A stretch of 64,000 bases of DNA from assembly GCA_964188305.1 (NCBI GenBank), contig OZ076887.1. One strand, 5' to 3'. Under the pieces are notes generated by a model, which saw nothing but the letters and a program-made list of their open reading frames with translations, was not told the origin of the DNA and ran no database searches. Below, one piece after another: positions 40,801-53,003 of this stretch (positions within the stretch are counted from its first letter, which is position 1; every line of letters begins with the position of its first letter). The position numbers and the translations under genes are program-made. The DNA comes from Podarcis bocagei (taxonomy: Eukaryota).

Positions 40801-43800
40801 AAGGAAAAGGGACCCCTGACCGTTAGGTCCAGTCACAGACGACTCTGGGGTTGCAGCGCTCATCTCGCTTTACGGGCCGAGGGAGCCAGCGTACAGCTTC
40901 TGGGTCATGTGGCCAGCATGACTAAGCTGCTTCTGGTGAACCAGAGCAGCACACAGAAACGCCGTTTACCTTCCCGCCGGAGCGGTACCTATTTATCTAC
41001 CTGCACTTTGACATGCTTTCAAACTGCTAGGTTGGTAGGAGCAGGGACCGAGCAACGGGAGCTCACCCCGTCGCGGGGATTCAAACCACCAACCTTCCGA
41101 TCAGCAAGCCCTAGGCTCTGTGGTTTATACCACAGTGCCACCACACTATGGGGTGCCAGGAGGCAATATTAACTGAGCTAATCTATAGTTCCAAGGGGGA
41201 GAACACATACAGTCACTTTTGTATTCAAAAGGATTCAATGTGTCTCCAGACTTAATGAAGAAACTGGTTCCCTAGGTATCAAAAGTTTAGAAAACACAGT
41301 GGCCAGTTTAACATTTCCAGCAAACAGCATTAAACACACAAAAAGGATTTAAAGTGATTGATTTGGGGGTTATTGAAAAATTCTTACCTGTAGCTTCTCT
41401 TCACCAGGTGGTCCCCATTCTACTCTGTAGAGAGCTACATCAGGTGCTCCATGGTCCCAAGTACCTCTGAAACTTGTCTTGGTTACTTGATCAGTTCTTA
41501 GATTTTGTGGTGCTGGTACTGGTACTGTCAGGAAGGGAAAAGGAAGTGAGAAATTGTCTCACAAGAGGAAAAACCCTACAAACTAAACATTTCTAGAAAT
41601 GCAAGGTTATGTGCAGAGACTAATCCACCACATAAGACGTTTGGAGTTTGGACACAAACCACATGGGGAATGTACAGAACAGTTTACATGCCATATACTC
41701 ATAGGGTGAAATCCTTAAACAGTATAGATTATTTTACTACAGTAGGATTGTCAGGCTCAGTCTTTTGGCTCCACAGTCTCCACATTGCAGAATGCCACTG
41801 CATCTGCCATGCCCAGAATCAGAATATGGCAAGACCGGATATCTGCCTGGGGCCTATGGGTAGTTGAGGAGCTCAACAAGCCCATTTTCACTCAAACAAC
41901 AATACTGTATATGGAAACAGGAGTTTTAAAACCTCTTCTTTATCCTCCATAGTGCACTTCTCTATCTGTTCAACATCCTTCCCCCACCCCCGCCCACCCC
42001 ATGTTTGTGCCAGTGATGAAGTCTCTATTCACATCTTAAGTGCTTCCAGTCAGGGGTGGTCACAGAAATGCCATCATAGCGATTTTTATCTATAAAGGTT
42101 GTATGTGGATATAAGCTGTCTCAACAACATGCTTCCTTTATAAACTTAGTGGTGCTCTGCAGAACAATCCTACCCCAGTGAACTCTGTTAAGGTGGGTGT
42201 GCAGGGCCATGGTGTACATGGACTGACAGTGTCCACAGTGTTCTGGCTGGGATATGGCCAGTTCTATGCTGTCCTCTTTGGCCCTTTTCTCTGCCTTTAT
42301 GAAACCTCTTCAGGTTTCTGGTCCTCGTCTATGTTATGGTCATTATTTGTGTTGATGCTTTTCCCATACGGCACATCCAACTTTGTGTTTTCTTTCCCTG
42401 TGTTCCTCATGAGTCCTAAATACCAGACCTCCAAGTGATCTGGGGTGCAAAATTTCATGCCAGGTGTGCCCTACAAAGTGTCCTCCCACTGTTATGTGAG
42501 TCTGCCATGCCTGAGGGCAAATGAAAAAGCTGATCCTTTGCAGCTTTCTCCTTGAGAACCAAAGGCACTATTCACAACAATATACCTGAGGAAAGCTGTA
42601 CCAAAGACACTGTTTAATCACCACAGTGGGCGTTATGCCAATCCTGATGCTGTGCCAGAGAGCTAATTAATCACTTCTACAATGCAATTTCTGGCAGCAT
42701 GCCTGATAGGAGCTATTGCCAGGGATACTGTCTGGATTTGAATCCATGATCTCATTGGTGAATACAGTTCCTATGTTAATGGCAGCATGCTTGTTGCTGC
42801 CCAATTTGTGATTGCTACATATACTGTAGAGGTGTAGAGGTGCTGCTTCATCTTTTCATGTTTTCCTTCTGGCACCTCCCACCTAGGATGATGATTAGGA
42901 GAACAACCTAAGTCTCCTCCTCTAGAGTCATTCTGGTCTAGGCCATTACTCTTTACAAAACTCAACATTTTAAACCCTACATTTCTTTAAGAAACTGACA
43001 CAGCTACGGGCAATCTTTTGTACTCCAGATGTTGCCGAACTACTATTCCAATCATCCTTAGCCGCTTTGAGACTCCTGAAGGGGAGTGAAAGGCGGGATA
43101 TCAAATCCAAACTCTTCTTCTTCTTCTTCTTCTTCTTCCTTGGCCATGCTTGCTGGGGCTGGTGGGAGTTCTAGTTCAGTGACATTTGGCGGGCCAAAGG
43201 TTCTCCACATCTGATCTAAGAAAACCTATTAAGCAATAGAGTTGACTTACAAGTGGTGCCTTCTGCAGCTACTGGCATAGACGGTCCTTCGTCATATACT
43301 GCAACAAGCTCAACGTTATAGAGTGTTTTTGAAAAAAGATCAGGGAGAACTGTGCTGGTCTGAGAGGGATCCAATTCCAACTAGACATAAACAAAAGAGA
43401 TTTATTAAATGCTGTTTTCCTCCTTACAACATCACTTTCATACTTTTGTTTTCCATGTTGTAGACAGTTTAGGACTATCTTCACAAAGCTATTCCTGGTG
43501 GATAGATATCACTGAAGACTTGTGGTGAACTTTATACTAATCTGTTTATTTACAAATGAATGGCATCAAAGTGTGTTAACCTGAATATATTTTCTTTGCT
43601 CCTTCTCCGTGTTCTAGGGCCATCGTCCCCAATGGCTGAAGCTAACAGGAGTTATGGTCCAAAAACATATGGAGGGACCAAGCTCGGGAAGGCTGCTATA
43701 AGGAAAAAGCCCTGAACTTTTCCTAGCCTTCAATTTAATGAGTGCTCGTGATGGTGCTTTTTGCCAAGCTGCTTCACCAGTCCTGCTGTGGTACAATATT

Positions 43801-46800
43801 CACAGCCGTTCAGCCCTGTACAGTGGTATCTCAGGTTACATACTTAATTTGTCCAGAGGTCTGTTCTTAACCTGAAACTGTTCTTAACCTGAAGCAACAC
43901 TTTAGGTAATGGGGCCTCCCACTGCTGCTGAACTGCCGTCGCATGATTTCTGTTCTCATCCTGAAGCAAAGTTCTTAACCCGAGGTACTATTTCTGGGTT
44001 AGCGGAGTCTGTAACCTGAAGCGTATGTAACCCAAGGTACCGCTGTATCCTCATACTGGCTTGCTTCACATAGCTTTTTTCTATATTCCTTGGCCACTTT
44101 TTATTTTTTAAAAAATTATTCCTTTTTGCAAGCAAAGTACACATGCTAGCCATTGTCACTCTTCTACCACTTGTATTTATAACATAAGAATCCTGTGGCT
44201 TAGCAATGCTAACTTCTAAGAGAAGAACAATCCATATATGTTGGTTCAGTACCACTGAAACCAAAGAATCTAAATTTGTTTAAGAGGAGAAATAATTTTA
44301 CATATCAGGAACTCAGGTATCTGATTGCTCCTTAATAACACTGCTGCAGGTAGTCATGCTGTAATACTCCACTTAAGCTATCTTCACATATTAGCTAAAA
44401 TTCACCTACCTCTTTCACATCATCTTCCCCGGCTGCTTTGTATCTCAATATGTATTTCCGAACTTTCCCTGGAGCACGTTCCCAAATGACTCTCATGCTG
44501 CTGTGAGTAATATCTCTTATCATTAGGCTTTTTGCTCCACTTAAAGGTACTGTGGAATAATCAGACATATTGGCAAGAATATTAAATGCCATCCCCCAAA
44601 CAGGTTTATATTTTGGCAAATATTTATCTTTAAATCTCCTAGTCCATGTAACTTTTACATTCATATTAAAAAATTAATTGAAGTGAGAATGCCACCTTTC
44701 AAACAGATTTTACAAGGTACTGAAATAATATGTAAACCAGAAAAACATGCTTATGGGAGGTACTGTATTTTTCGCTCTATAAGACGCACCAGACCATAAG
44801 ACGCACCTAGTTTTTGGAGGAGGAAAACAAGAAAAAAATATTCTGAATCTCAGAAGCCAGAACAACAAGAGGGATCGCTGCACAGCGAAAGCAGCGATCC
44901 CTCTTGCTGTTCTAGCTTCTGAGATAGCTGCGTAGCCTGCATTCACTCCATAAGACGTACACACATTTCCCCTTACTTTTTAGGTGGGAAAAAGTGAGTC
45001 TTATAGAGCAAAAAATACGGTAAATAGCTGCAAGTATATATACAATAAGAAATGGTTGTTCTAATAAAAACCTTCAATTCTCCAGATGGGGAAAAAACTA
45101 TCATCTATTCCTAATACGCCTTGTGCCTGTGCTATATGAACAGCCGTATCTAAAGGCTTCCCATTGAGAATAACATAGGAACATCTTTCAGAACATCTTT
45201 AGAGAGTGATTGTCTTTTAGCAGCCAAGTTTCAAGCACTGTATGGGTACAGTAGCACTATCACATTTTAAGTATTAGTGGATGGGTTTAGTGACAATAAT
45301 CCAAGCCCCTAGAATGTGTCTAAGTAACTGAGTAATGGTATAACTATGCAGTGGTGGAGCTTCATGCTCCGGCACCGGGGGGCGGAGAGCAGGAGGGGTG
45401 GGGCTGGCATGCATCCTGGGGGCGTGACAAGCATCCTGGGAGCATGGCGTGGCGCCTGTGGGGGCGTGGCGCCCAGTGCAGGCGGGGGAACAGCAGCAAT
45501 GGCACCCCAATGGGATCTCACTGCTGGGGCAATACGCTCCCCCCGCACTCCTGTTCCTTCGCCAGTGTGACTATGTACAGGCAACACCTCACTTACCCAG
45601 GGGTAATGTTCTGGCCCTCCACATCCATAAGTGAAATGTGCAAAAGTGGGGAGAACCCTGTAGAGTCCTCATGGCTCATGAGGAGACTCTCCCCAGAGCC
45701 CAACAATGACATCCTCTTTGGGCTCTGTTGGGAGTCTCCTCATGAGTCAGAGGAACAGCAGGCTTTGTTGAGAGTGCTGACCCTTCCCGCCTAACTGAGG
45801 TGTGACAAAGCAGCTCTTTCCTGCGTGTCAGCTTTTAGGTGGGGAGCCTCAACAAAGCCCTGCTGCACCTCCAGCTCATGAGTAGACCCTCCCCAGAGCC
45901 CAGAGGGCATGGCATTACCAAACCAAGAGGGGGTAAATATAAGACAAGCAAGATATTATTCCTACAGGTGACTTCCTGCGTGGTGAGTGGATCACTGATG
46001 AGGTCACCAAAAGCTGAATGAATTGTTAAAGTGTATTCAGTGTTAGGAATCAGGTCAAGCAGCTGTACATCATTCACTGATGCTCCAACACGCATCTGGA
46101 AAAAGAGAAAAAGAAACAAGGAAGTTTAGAAGAAGCCACTAGAAAGAAAAACAAAATGCTTGGACCTTTACATTGTTTTTAAAAAAAATCAGTTTCCATG
46201 TTCAATAATGTATTTACAACTTCCTGACTCATACATCACTGTGTATATAACTTTCCAATCAAGCTGTTTTATTTTATAATCTATACACTCACAAAATAAA
46301 TGTCTCACTGCTTTGGCATATGGAAGCAAATTCAGGTTCTCACTGTCTGTCTGCCTCTCTTTCTTAAATCTGTTGTTACCTGTTTCTCTGTTGCTGGTAT
46401 TGTGGCATTTACAGGTTCATACAACAGCACATAGCCAGTAGCTCCACTGACAGGTTCCCATCGCACGCGCATTGTTGTTGAGGTGATGTCATACGCATTC
46501 AAGTTTCTGACTGAAGGGATTGGCACTGCAGAACCATAAATGTAATTCAGTTATTTGTGTCCATAAACATATTTTACGTCTTCATTTTTGAAAACATGTT
46601 TGAACTTTCAGCTTTCAGATGGGGAGTAGCTTTTAGTTATTGTATTTTTTTTGCAGTAAACCAGGCCCGCACAACTTATAACCAACTAGTTTGAACACAG
46701 TCCACCAGCTGTACATACTGACCCAACAGGGCTTAAGAAACCTCCTGTTTTTACAGTCTCCCAGGGTTTGTAAGAACAGGGGAGATGTTAGGTACTTGGC

Positions 46801-49800
46801 AGGTTCTGATGCATAGCTAATAGTCTGAACTTAGTTTAGTGGGTCACAAACTGTACATGACTTTTGGTGAACAGTGTTTTAATCCTATGAGAGCATAATA
46901 CACATAACTGTTTGGGATAGTTTCTCTCATCTGTTCTGGACTTAATCTACACAGCCACAATCCCAAATTGGTAAATCTGAAATGTATACTGACAAAGCTG
47001 AATCACACTCTCAGGGTCACCCAGCTTGATTGGCACTCATCCTTTTCATAACTCTACCCTCTGGACTGGAGAACCAAAAGTCTCCTGTCATATTGCTTAT
47101 AATATCATAGAATATTAAATACCCAATGTTCTCTTTCTCATCTTAGGTTCATTCTTCAATATACGTTTAAAGTAGTGTCATACCACTTTCATCAGTCATG
47201 GCTTCCCCCCCCCAAAGAATCCTGGGGACAGTACTTTGTTAAGGGTGCTGAGACTTGTTAGGAGACCCCCTATTCCCCTCACAGAGCTACAGTTCCCAGA
47301 GTGAATCATTTTGTTGTTCAGTAAGGTAATGTCTATCTACAAGGAGGTTGCAATTTTTAAAAATATCCATAGAGGTTTTTTATATGCTTGGAGTTCTCAT
47401 CTCCACTCCATATTCCCACAAACATTCTATGCAGAACTTTGTTTTAAAAACAGTTTGGAAGTTTTATGAATTATCACATATCTTAATTGAATTTGAATTG
47501 ACACTTACAAGTCGTATCAACGCCCTCTAGAGGTACGCTACTGGTACCTTCTACCACAGAATATACATTCACAACATACTTTGTTTCGGGCTTGAGGCCA
47601 GTCAGAACTGTAGTCGTCTCTGAACGACTTACAAAGACCTGCATGAAAACAAGAAACGGGAGACATAATTGTGCATAAATCTATCTACTGCTATTTTTAT
47701 CTCTGCTCTTGGCCCTGATAGAACAAAAGCAACTTCTAGTAAAGACACTCACACAGGACATTCACTGCCTTCACTAGTTCCAATTTAAAAGAGGTAGAGC
47801 TTGGGTATCATCCGCATACTGGTGAACACCCAGTCCAAACGCCCCTCCCCCCGATGATCTCTTCCAGTGGCTTCATATAGATATTGAAAAGCATGGGGGA
47901 GAAGACAGAGCCCTGAGGCACCCCACAAGTGAGAGCCCAGGGATCTGAACATTCATCTCCCAGCACTACTTTCTGGACATAGTCCAGGAGGAAGGAGCGG
48001 AGCCACTGCAAAATCAGTGGTATACACAAACATAAATAAAAATAATAAAATTGGATGTCCAGCGCTGACCTCCTTTCGTGGGCCTCCATCTGCAGCATAA
48101 TATTCAACCCTGTATCTATCAACGCTCTCAGCAGGTGGCGTCCATGATACTCTGAAGGAATAAGGTGTCTCCTCAGAGGTTCTTAGATTGGTTGGTGGTA
48201 GTGCCAAATCAGCTATGATGCAAAAAAAAAGGAACAATACTATAAAATCTTCATTAGGAGGGTTACCAAAGAAGGAAATGCAAAACAATAATATACGTCA
48301 ACTTGACTTGTTTTTACTTAAGTATTGGATCTATTTACTTACTGAACTGAAATGTATATGATTCATATGCATAAAATAATTTATAGTAAAATATGATGCA
48401 TTCTTTAATCTGTGATAATCACACTTGAGATGTTATGGCAAACCTAAGTCCATGCACTGAGAAGCTGCAGCCAGTAAAAACTTCAGAGCAAAAAACCCAA
48501 TTGATATGCAAAAATCACAAATGACATGCTGAGGGCATGTTATTTCATATATTTTCTTCTGTGCAGGACTCGTTGTAACATTTGAATTTGCCCTTTTATC
48601 TTGTTAAATAATATGCCAACAGTTGCTCATGAGTATCTCTGTCTTAAAACGGCTATAGAATATATTTTCCTCCCAAGGAACTTTTCTCTTATTACTCTGT
48701 GATGGAGTCACCAGTTTAGTACAACTCCTTCCTGGACTGTGAAACTAAACATTGGCGACTTGGGTCATGTGGGAGAAGTCCATCCTATGACTTGTTCTCA
48801 CTCAGCATTTCCCTATTCACAGAAAATGTGGTAATGCTGGCATGTGTGAAGGGCTGCCACCCTGCTACTTCTCACATGATCCAGAGCTTCAGATGCTACC
48901 TGAGAGCTCAGAAAGCAGATGGGCTTTAACAGCTAGCACACCATGGGGGTAATGCAAAAACAAAGTTCCAAGTAAGTAATTTAGGAAAAATTCAGCAGGC
49001 ATCATATAAAAGGTAAAAAGAAGTTGAAAACGAAACTAGAAAGAGAAACATACCTGGACCTCTGACACTATTGCACAAATTATTAGTGAGGTCATCAATA
49101 ATCGTAACAAGGAGGCCAAAATCGCCAACATTGTAAACATGAATGTTATCGGGGTCTGTTGCAATCTGCTTCAGTTCATTTTCATCAGCATTTTTGATAC
49201 CTTAAAAAGGTCACAAAAATAAAACATTTTAAAATAACCTAGGCATGTTCATTAGACTGTTTCCCAATTCATATAAAGGAGAAAGTGATTTAGTTTTCCA
49301 ACCAACTTTTATATTTCCCACCTCTCCACGTAATACTCACCAACAGCATACAGCTCCACTCCCAAATCTCTCAGTGACTGAGATGGCACAACTATATCAT
49401 CTTGTGATTTGCCATCTGTGATGAGGACACCAATTTTGCGAGCCCCAGGCCTCATGCCAGCTTCTATCTTAAAGTTGTTGTTTAAGATGAACTTCAGAGC
49501 ATCTCCTGAAATCACAGCACACACAGGTACCCATTATTCATTAGCCATAGATTCCAGCATAGAGAGTAGATGTCCCTAAAGTAGGATAGGTACCTTCATT
49601 AAGAGACACATAAGCTTTGCCCTAAGTACTTACTTCATTCCAGCTGTTACGGCTACCACTCATAGGTAAAGGACCCCTGGATGGTTAAGTCCAGTTAAAC
49701 TTGACTATAGGGTGTGGTGCTCATCTAGCTTCAGGCTGAGGGAGCCAGCATTTGTCCACAGCTTTCCAAGTCATGTGGCCAGCATGACATTGAGCTTCTG

Positions 49801-52641
49801 GCGCAATGGGACACCATGACGAGTGTCAGAGCACACAGAAACGTTGTTTATTTTCCTGCAGCAGTGGTACCTATTTATCTACATGCACTGGCAAGACAAC
49901 TTTCTGCCTGGTAACCATAGACTACCCTCCTAGTTTGGAGATCACTTATACAGAGTAAGATTGTGCAGTGATGCTCCCTGTGAGATATCTGTAGCACAGA
50001 CTTTGTTGTTGTTGTTGTTGTTGTTCCTTAAGGGCTACTATAAGGGACTGAAGGTCTTGGCTGAGGAAATTGGGGAAGCGTTCTGAAGAGATTCTGTGGA
50101 GTGTTGTTTGAAGAGACTGAGTGGCAGCAGATAAACAGAGGAGATTAAAGAACCACTTCTTTGTCCACTCTATAAAGTCAGTATAATATATTCAAAACAA
50201 AAAATCTTTTCAGACCATATAACATTGTATTAATTTCCCCAGTGTACCTTATGATGAATTCAGCAGCAGAATGTTACCTGTGAGGGTGTTCCCTCCTTTA
50301 TAAGGCAAGTTGGCAACAGCATCCATCAAACTCTGTTTGGTTTTGTGTGCATTGAGGTTCCATTCTGTTCTAGGAGATCCACTATACTGTGCAAGAGCTG
50401 GGAGAGAAATATAACTTAGTTGCAAAAGGTCCCAAAACAACAACACCCCCAAATTATTTCAGGACATTCAAGGCTTACCAATCTGCACTTTGTCGGGACC
50501 AATGTCAAATACTTCAACAATGCGACCAATGAAGCTTCTGATTGTTTTAAAATTTTGCCGACCAATGCTCCATGAGCCATCCACCAGCAACACAATATCT
50601 GCTTCTACTTTGGTTTTGCATTCCAGGCCTGTCACAGCAATCAAAATACAAGTGTGTTAGTTGCAGCAAATGAACAGCTGTTTTCTATCCTATCCTCTTT
50701 TACATTGTCCAGCATGCATGGCTTAAGTAACTGACTAGTGTTCTTCTATATAAATTGGAACTTAAAGTCGTTAGGAGCATTCCATAGTGCTACCAATAAT
50801 ACTTCTGAGATTATGTATTATTAATATTTGCTTTAAAAGGTGTGCTGTGAAGCATATTCTGGTGAGCACTGCCTGTAACACTGACATGATCTATTAGACT
50901 ATTACTTAGCCAGGGCCCAAGTGCAGTGAGAATCAACACAGCTAAATTATTGAACAACTAAATAAACTTAAGTTAGGTAGCCAATGACAACGACTACTTC
51001 AAAATTGCGCATCTTCTCCAGTTAAATATGTGTGAGAATTGATAAAATCTGAGGAGTTTTCAACAAGAATCTTTAGAAATTAGTCCATATGCTTAATATG
51101 TGGAGATAAATGATAAAATTAATTTTATACTGTTTTGTGGTCTGTTAATGAAGATGGTGCAGACTTTTACACATTTAACACAACAAGAGAAAGAATACAA
51201 CACATATAAGATACAGAAACACACATAAACACAAAAGAATCAGAAGTGACAAAAACAAACATTTATACAAAGTTTTAAATGCTTCAGAGAGAAAGTAAAT
51301 AAAATATTGGGGACCGTCCATTTGTAGGATAAAAATAAGAACTGCTTTCTACATGCTGAAAATCACAGTGTGTTTATACAAAGCAGAAAGACACAAGGCT
51401 TTAAAATATGATCCTTTCATTAGCCATTTGAATGGGTGTATGTGTGCTCTTCCTCCTTTTTTTCCTCTGGAGATCATGTTACCAGCAGCAAAACCTTCTG
51501 GCTTCATGCCATCATAGCTTCTGGTCTTTACATGGAAGAAATCCCATTGAGTAAAATCAGGCACACTCATCAGAGTGATTTCATCTATGTTCCACATAAT
51601 TGATCCAAAACTGTAGATTCATGAATAGAACTATTCCAGGTACCTGAGGATTTAAAAGCATGATCCTCTTCTGCATAGAAAATACAACACTAGTCTTTAA
51701 TCAACACAATCATAAATCATGAAATAGGGTATATATTAAAGTTCATGCACTTGCTAACATTGTTCAGGATTCAAAGAGCCTTGTGTTAGAGGAGGGGACC
51801 AGAAAAGCCCTGATAATTGTGAATGCAAAGCAACACACACGAGTGTCTGGAGTCTGGCCTTAATTTTAAACATTGGAAATATCAGTGCCATCAAATCTTT
51901 TGTAAATTTAGTGTCCAACCAGAAAACCATGGCAGAAAGTCTATATGTTTTAATGCAGCATATGGATTTTTATGAGCACAATTTTCCATAAAGGCTGCCA
52001 CTTCACCTCATTTATTTAAAAAAGAAAGAAAGAAAAGCATCTTAGGTTGTAAGGAATAACTGCAGGAATAAAGGGCAATTGCAATGATATAAACGGGGTA
52101 TTATCCTGCCAACATTAGGAACTTTTTAAGGTGCACTTATTTCAATGGGAGAGAGTTAAGTATGGGTAGTGCTCAACTACATTTTACTCAAAGCAAACCC
52201 ACTGAGATTGACGTAAGTCATGTTCATTCATTCCAATTAGCCTACTCTAAGTAAAACTTAGTCAAATAGCAGCCCATGTGCTTAACTGTCCCCTAAAAAT
52301 AAATAAGACTGAAAAATACCTAATTTTAGCCAGGCTGTACCTACTGAGTTGGATCCAAGGGTTCCCTCCTGTGAAGGATGGACTTTTCCATCCTCAAAAG
52401 TATTCTTTCCTCCATAAGAATGGAACACAGTATAACTCAGTATAAGTGATTTTGGTGGAATTATTTTATAGTGCTGTACTGAACCCTGCATTTCCTTCAC
52501 TCCCTTCAAAGGAGGAATTCATTTTTCTGCCTCTTTTGCAGGGAGCAAGAGAACTTTGCAAAAAAATAAAATAAATCATAGGATGGAGGTGAGGACTGCA
52601 TTTAGCTTATCATGTCAGTCAAGTGGCCAATGGGTGTTATC

Positions 52642-52699
<58 letters not shown>

Positions 52700-52823
52700 G
52701 CCCTTGCTGCTTTGCATTGAAAGGCTTTAAGAAAGTCCTACACTCACTTGTAGTGGTATTGCAGTGGGCTTTAACAAACTGCCTTCCAGCCTATAATGTA
52801 ACCATGCAACAGCACACAGTCAG

Positions 52824-52877
<54 letters not shown>

Positions 52878-52931
52878 TATTTTACTTATATACCACTTAA
52901 TGCCAGAATGGGCTTCTAAGATGTTTACAAA

Positions 52932-53003
<72 letters not shown>

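Noticed and set aside
40648-41172. 174-aa plus-strand ORF
   Set aside because: Antisense read-through of a Sauria SINE.
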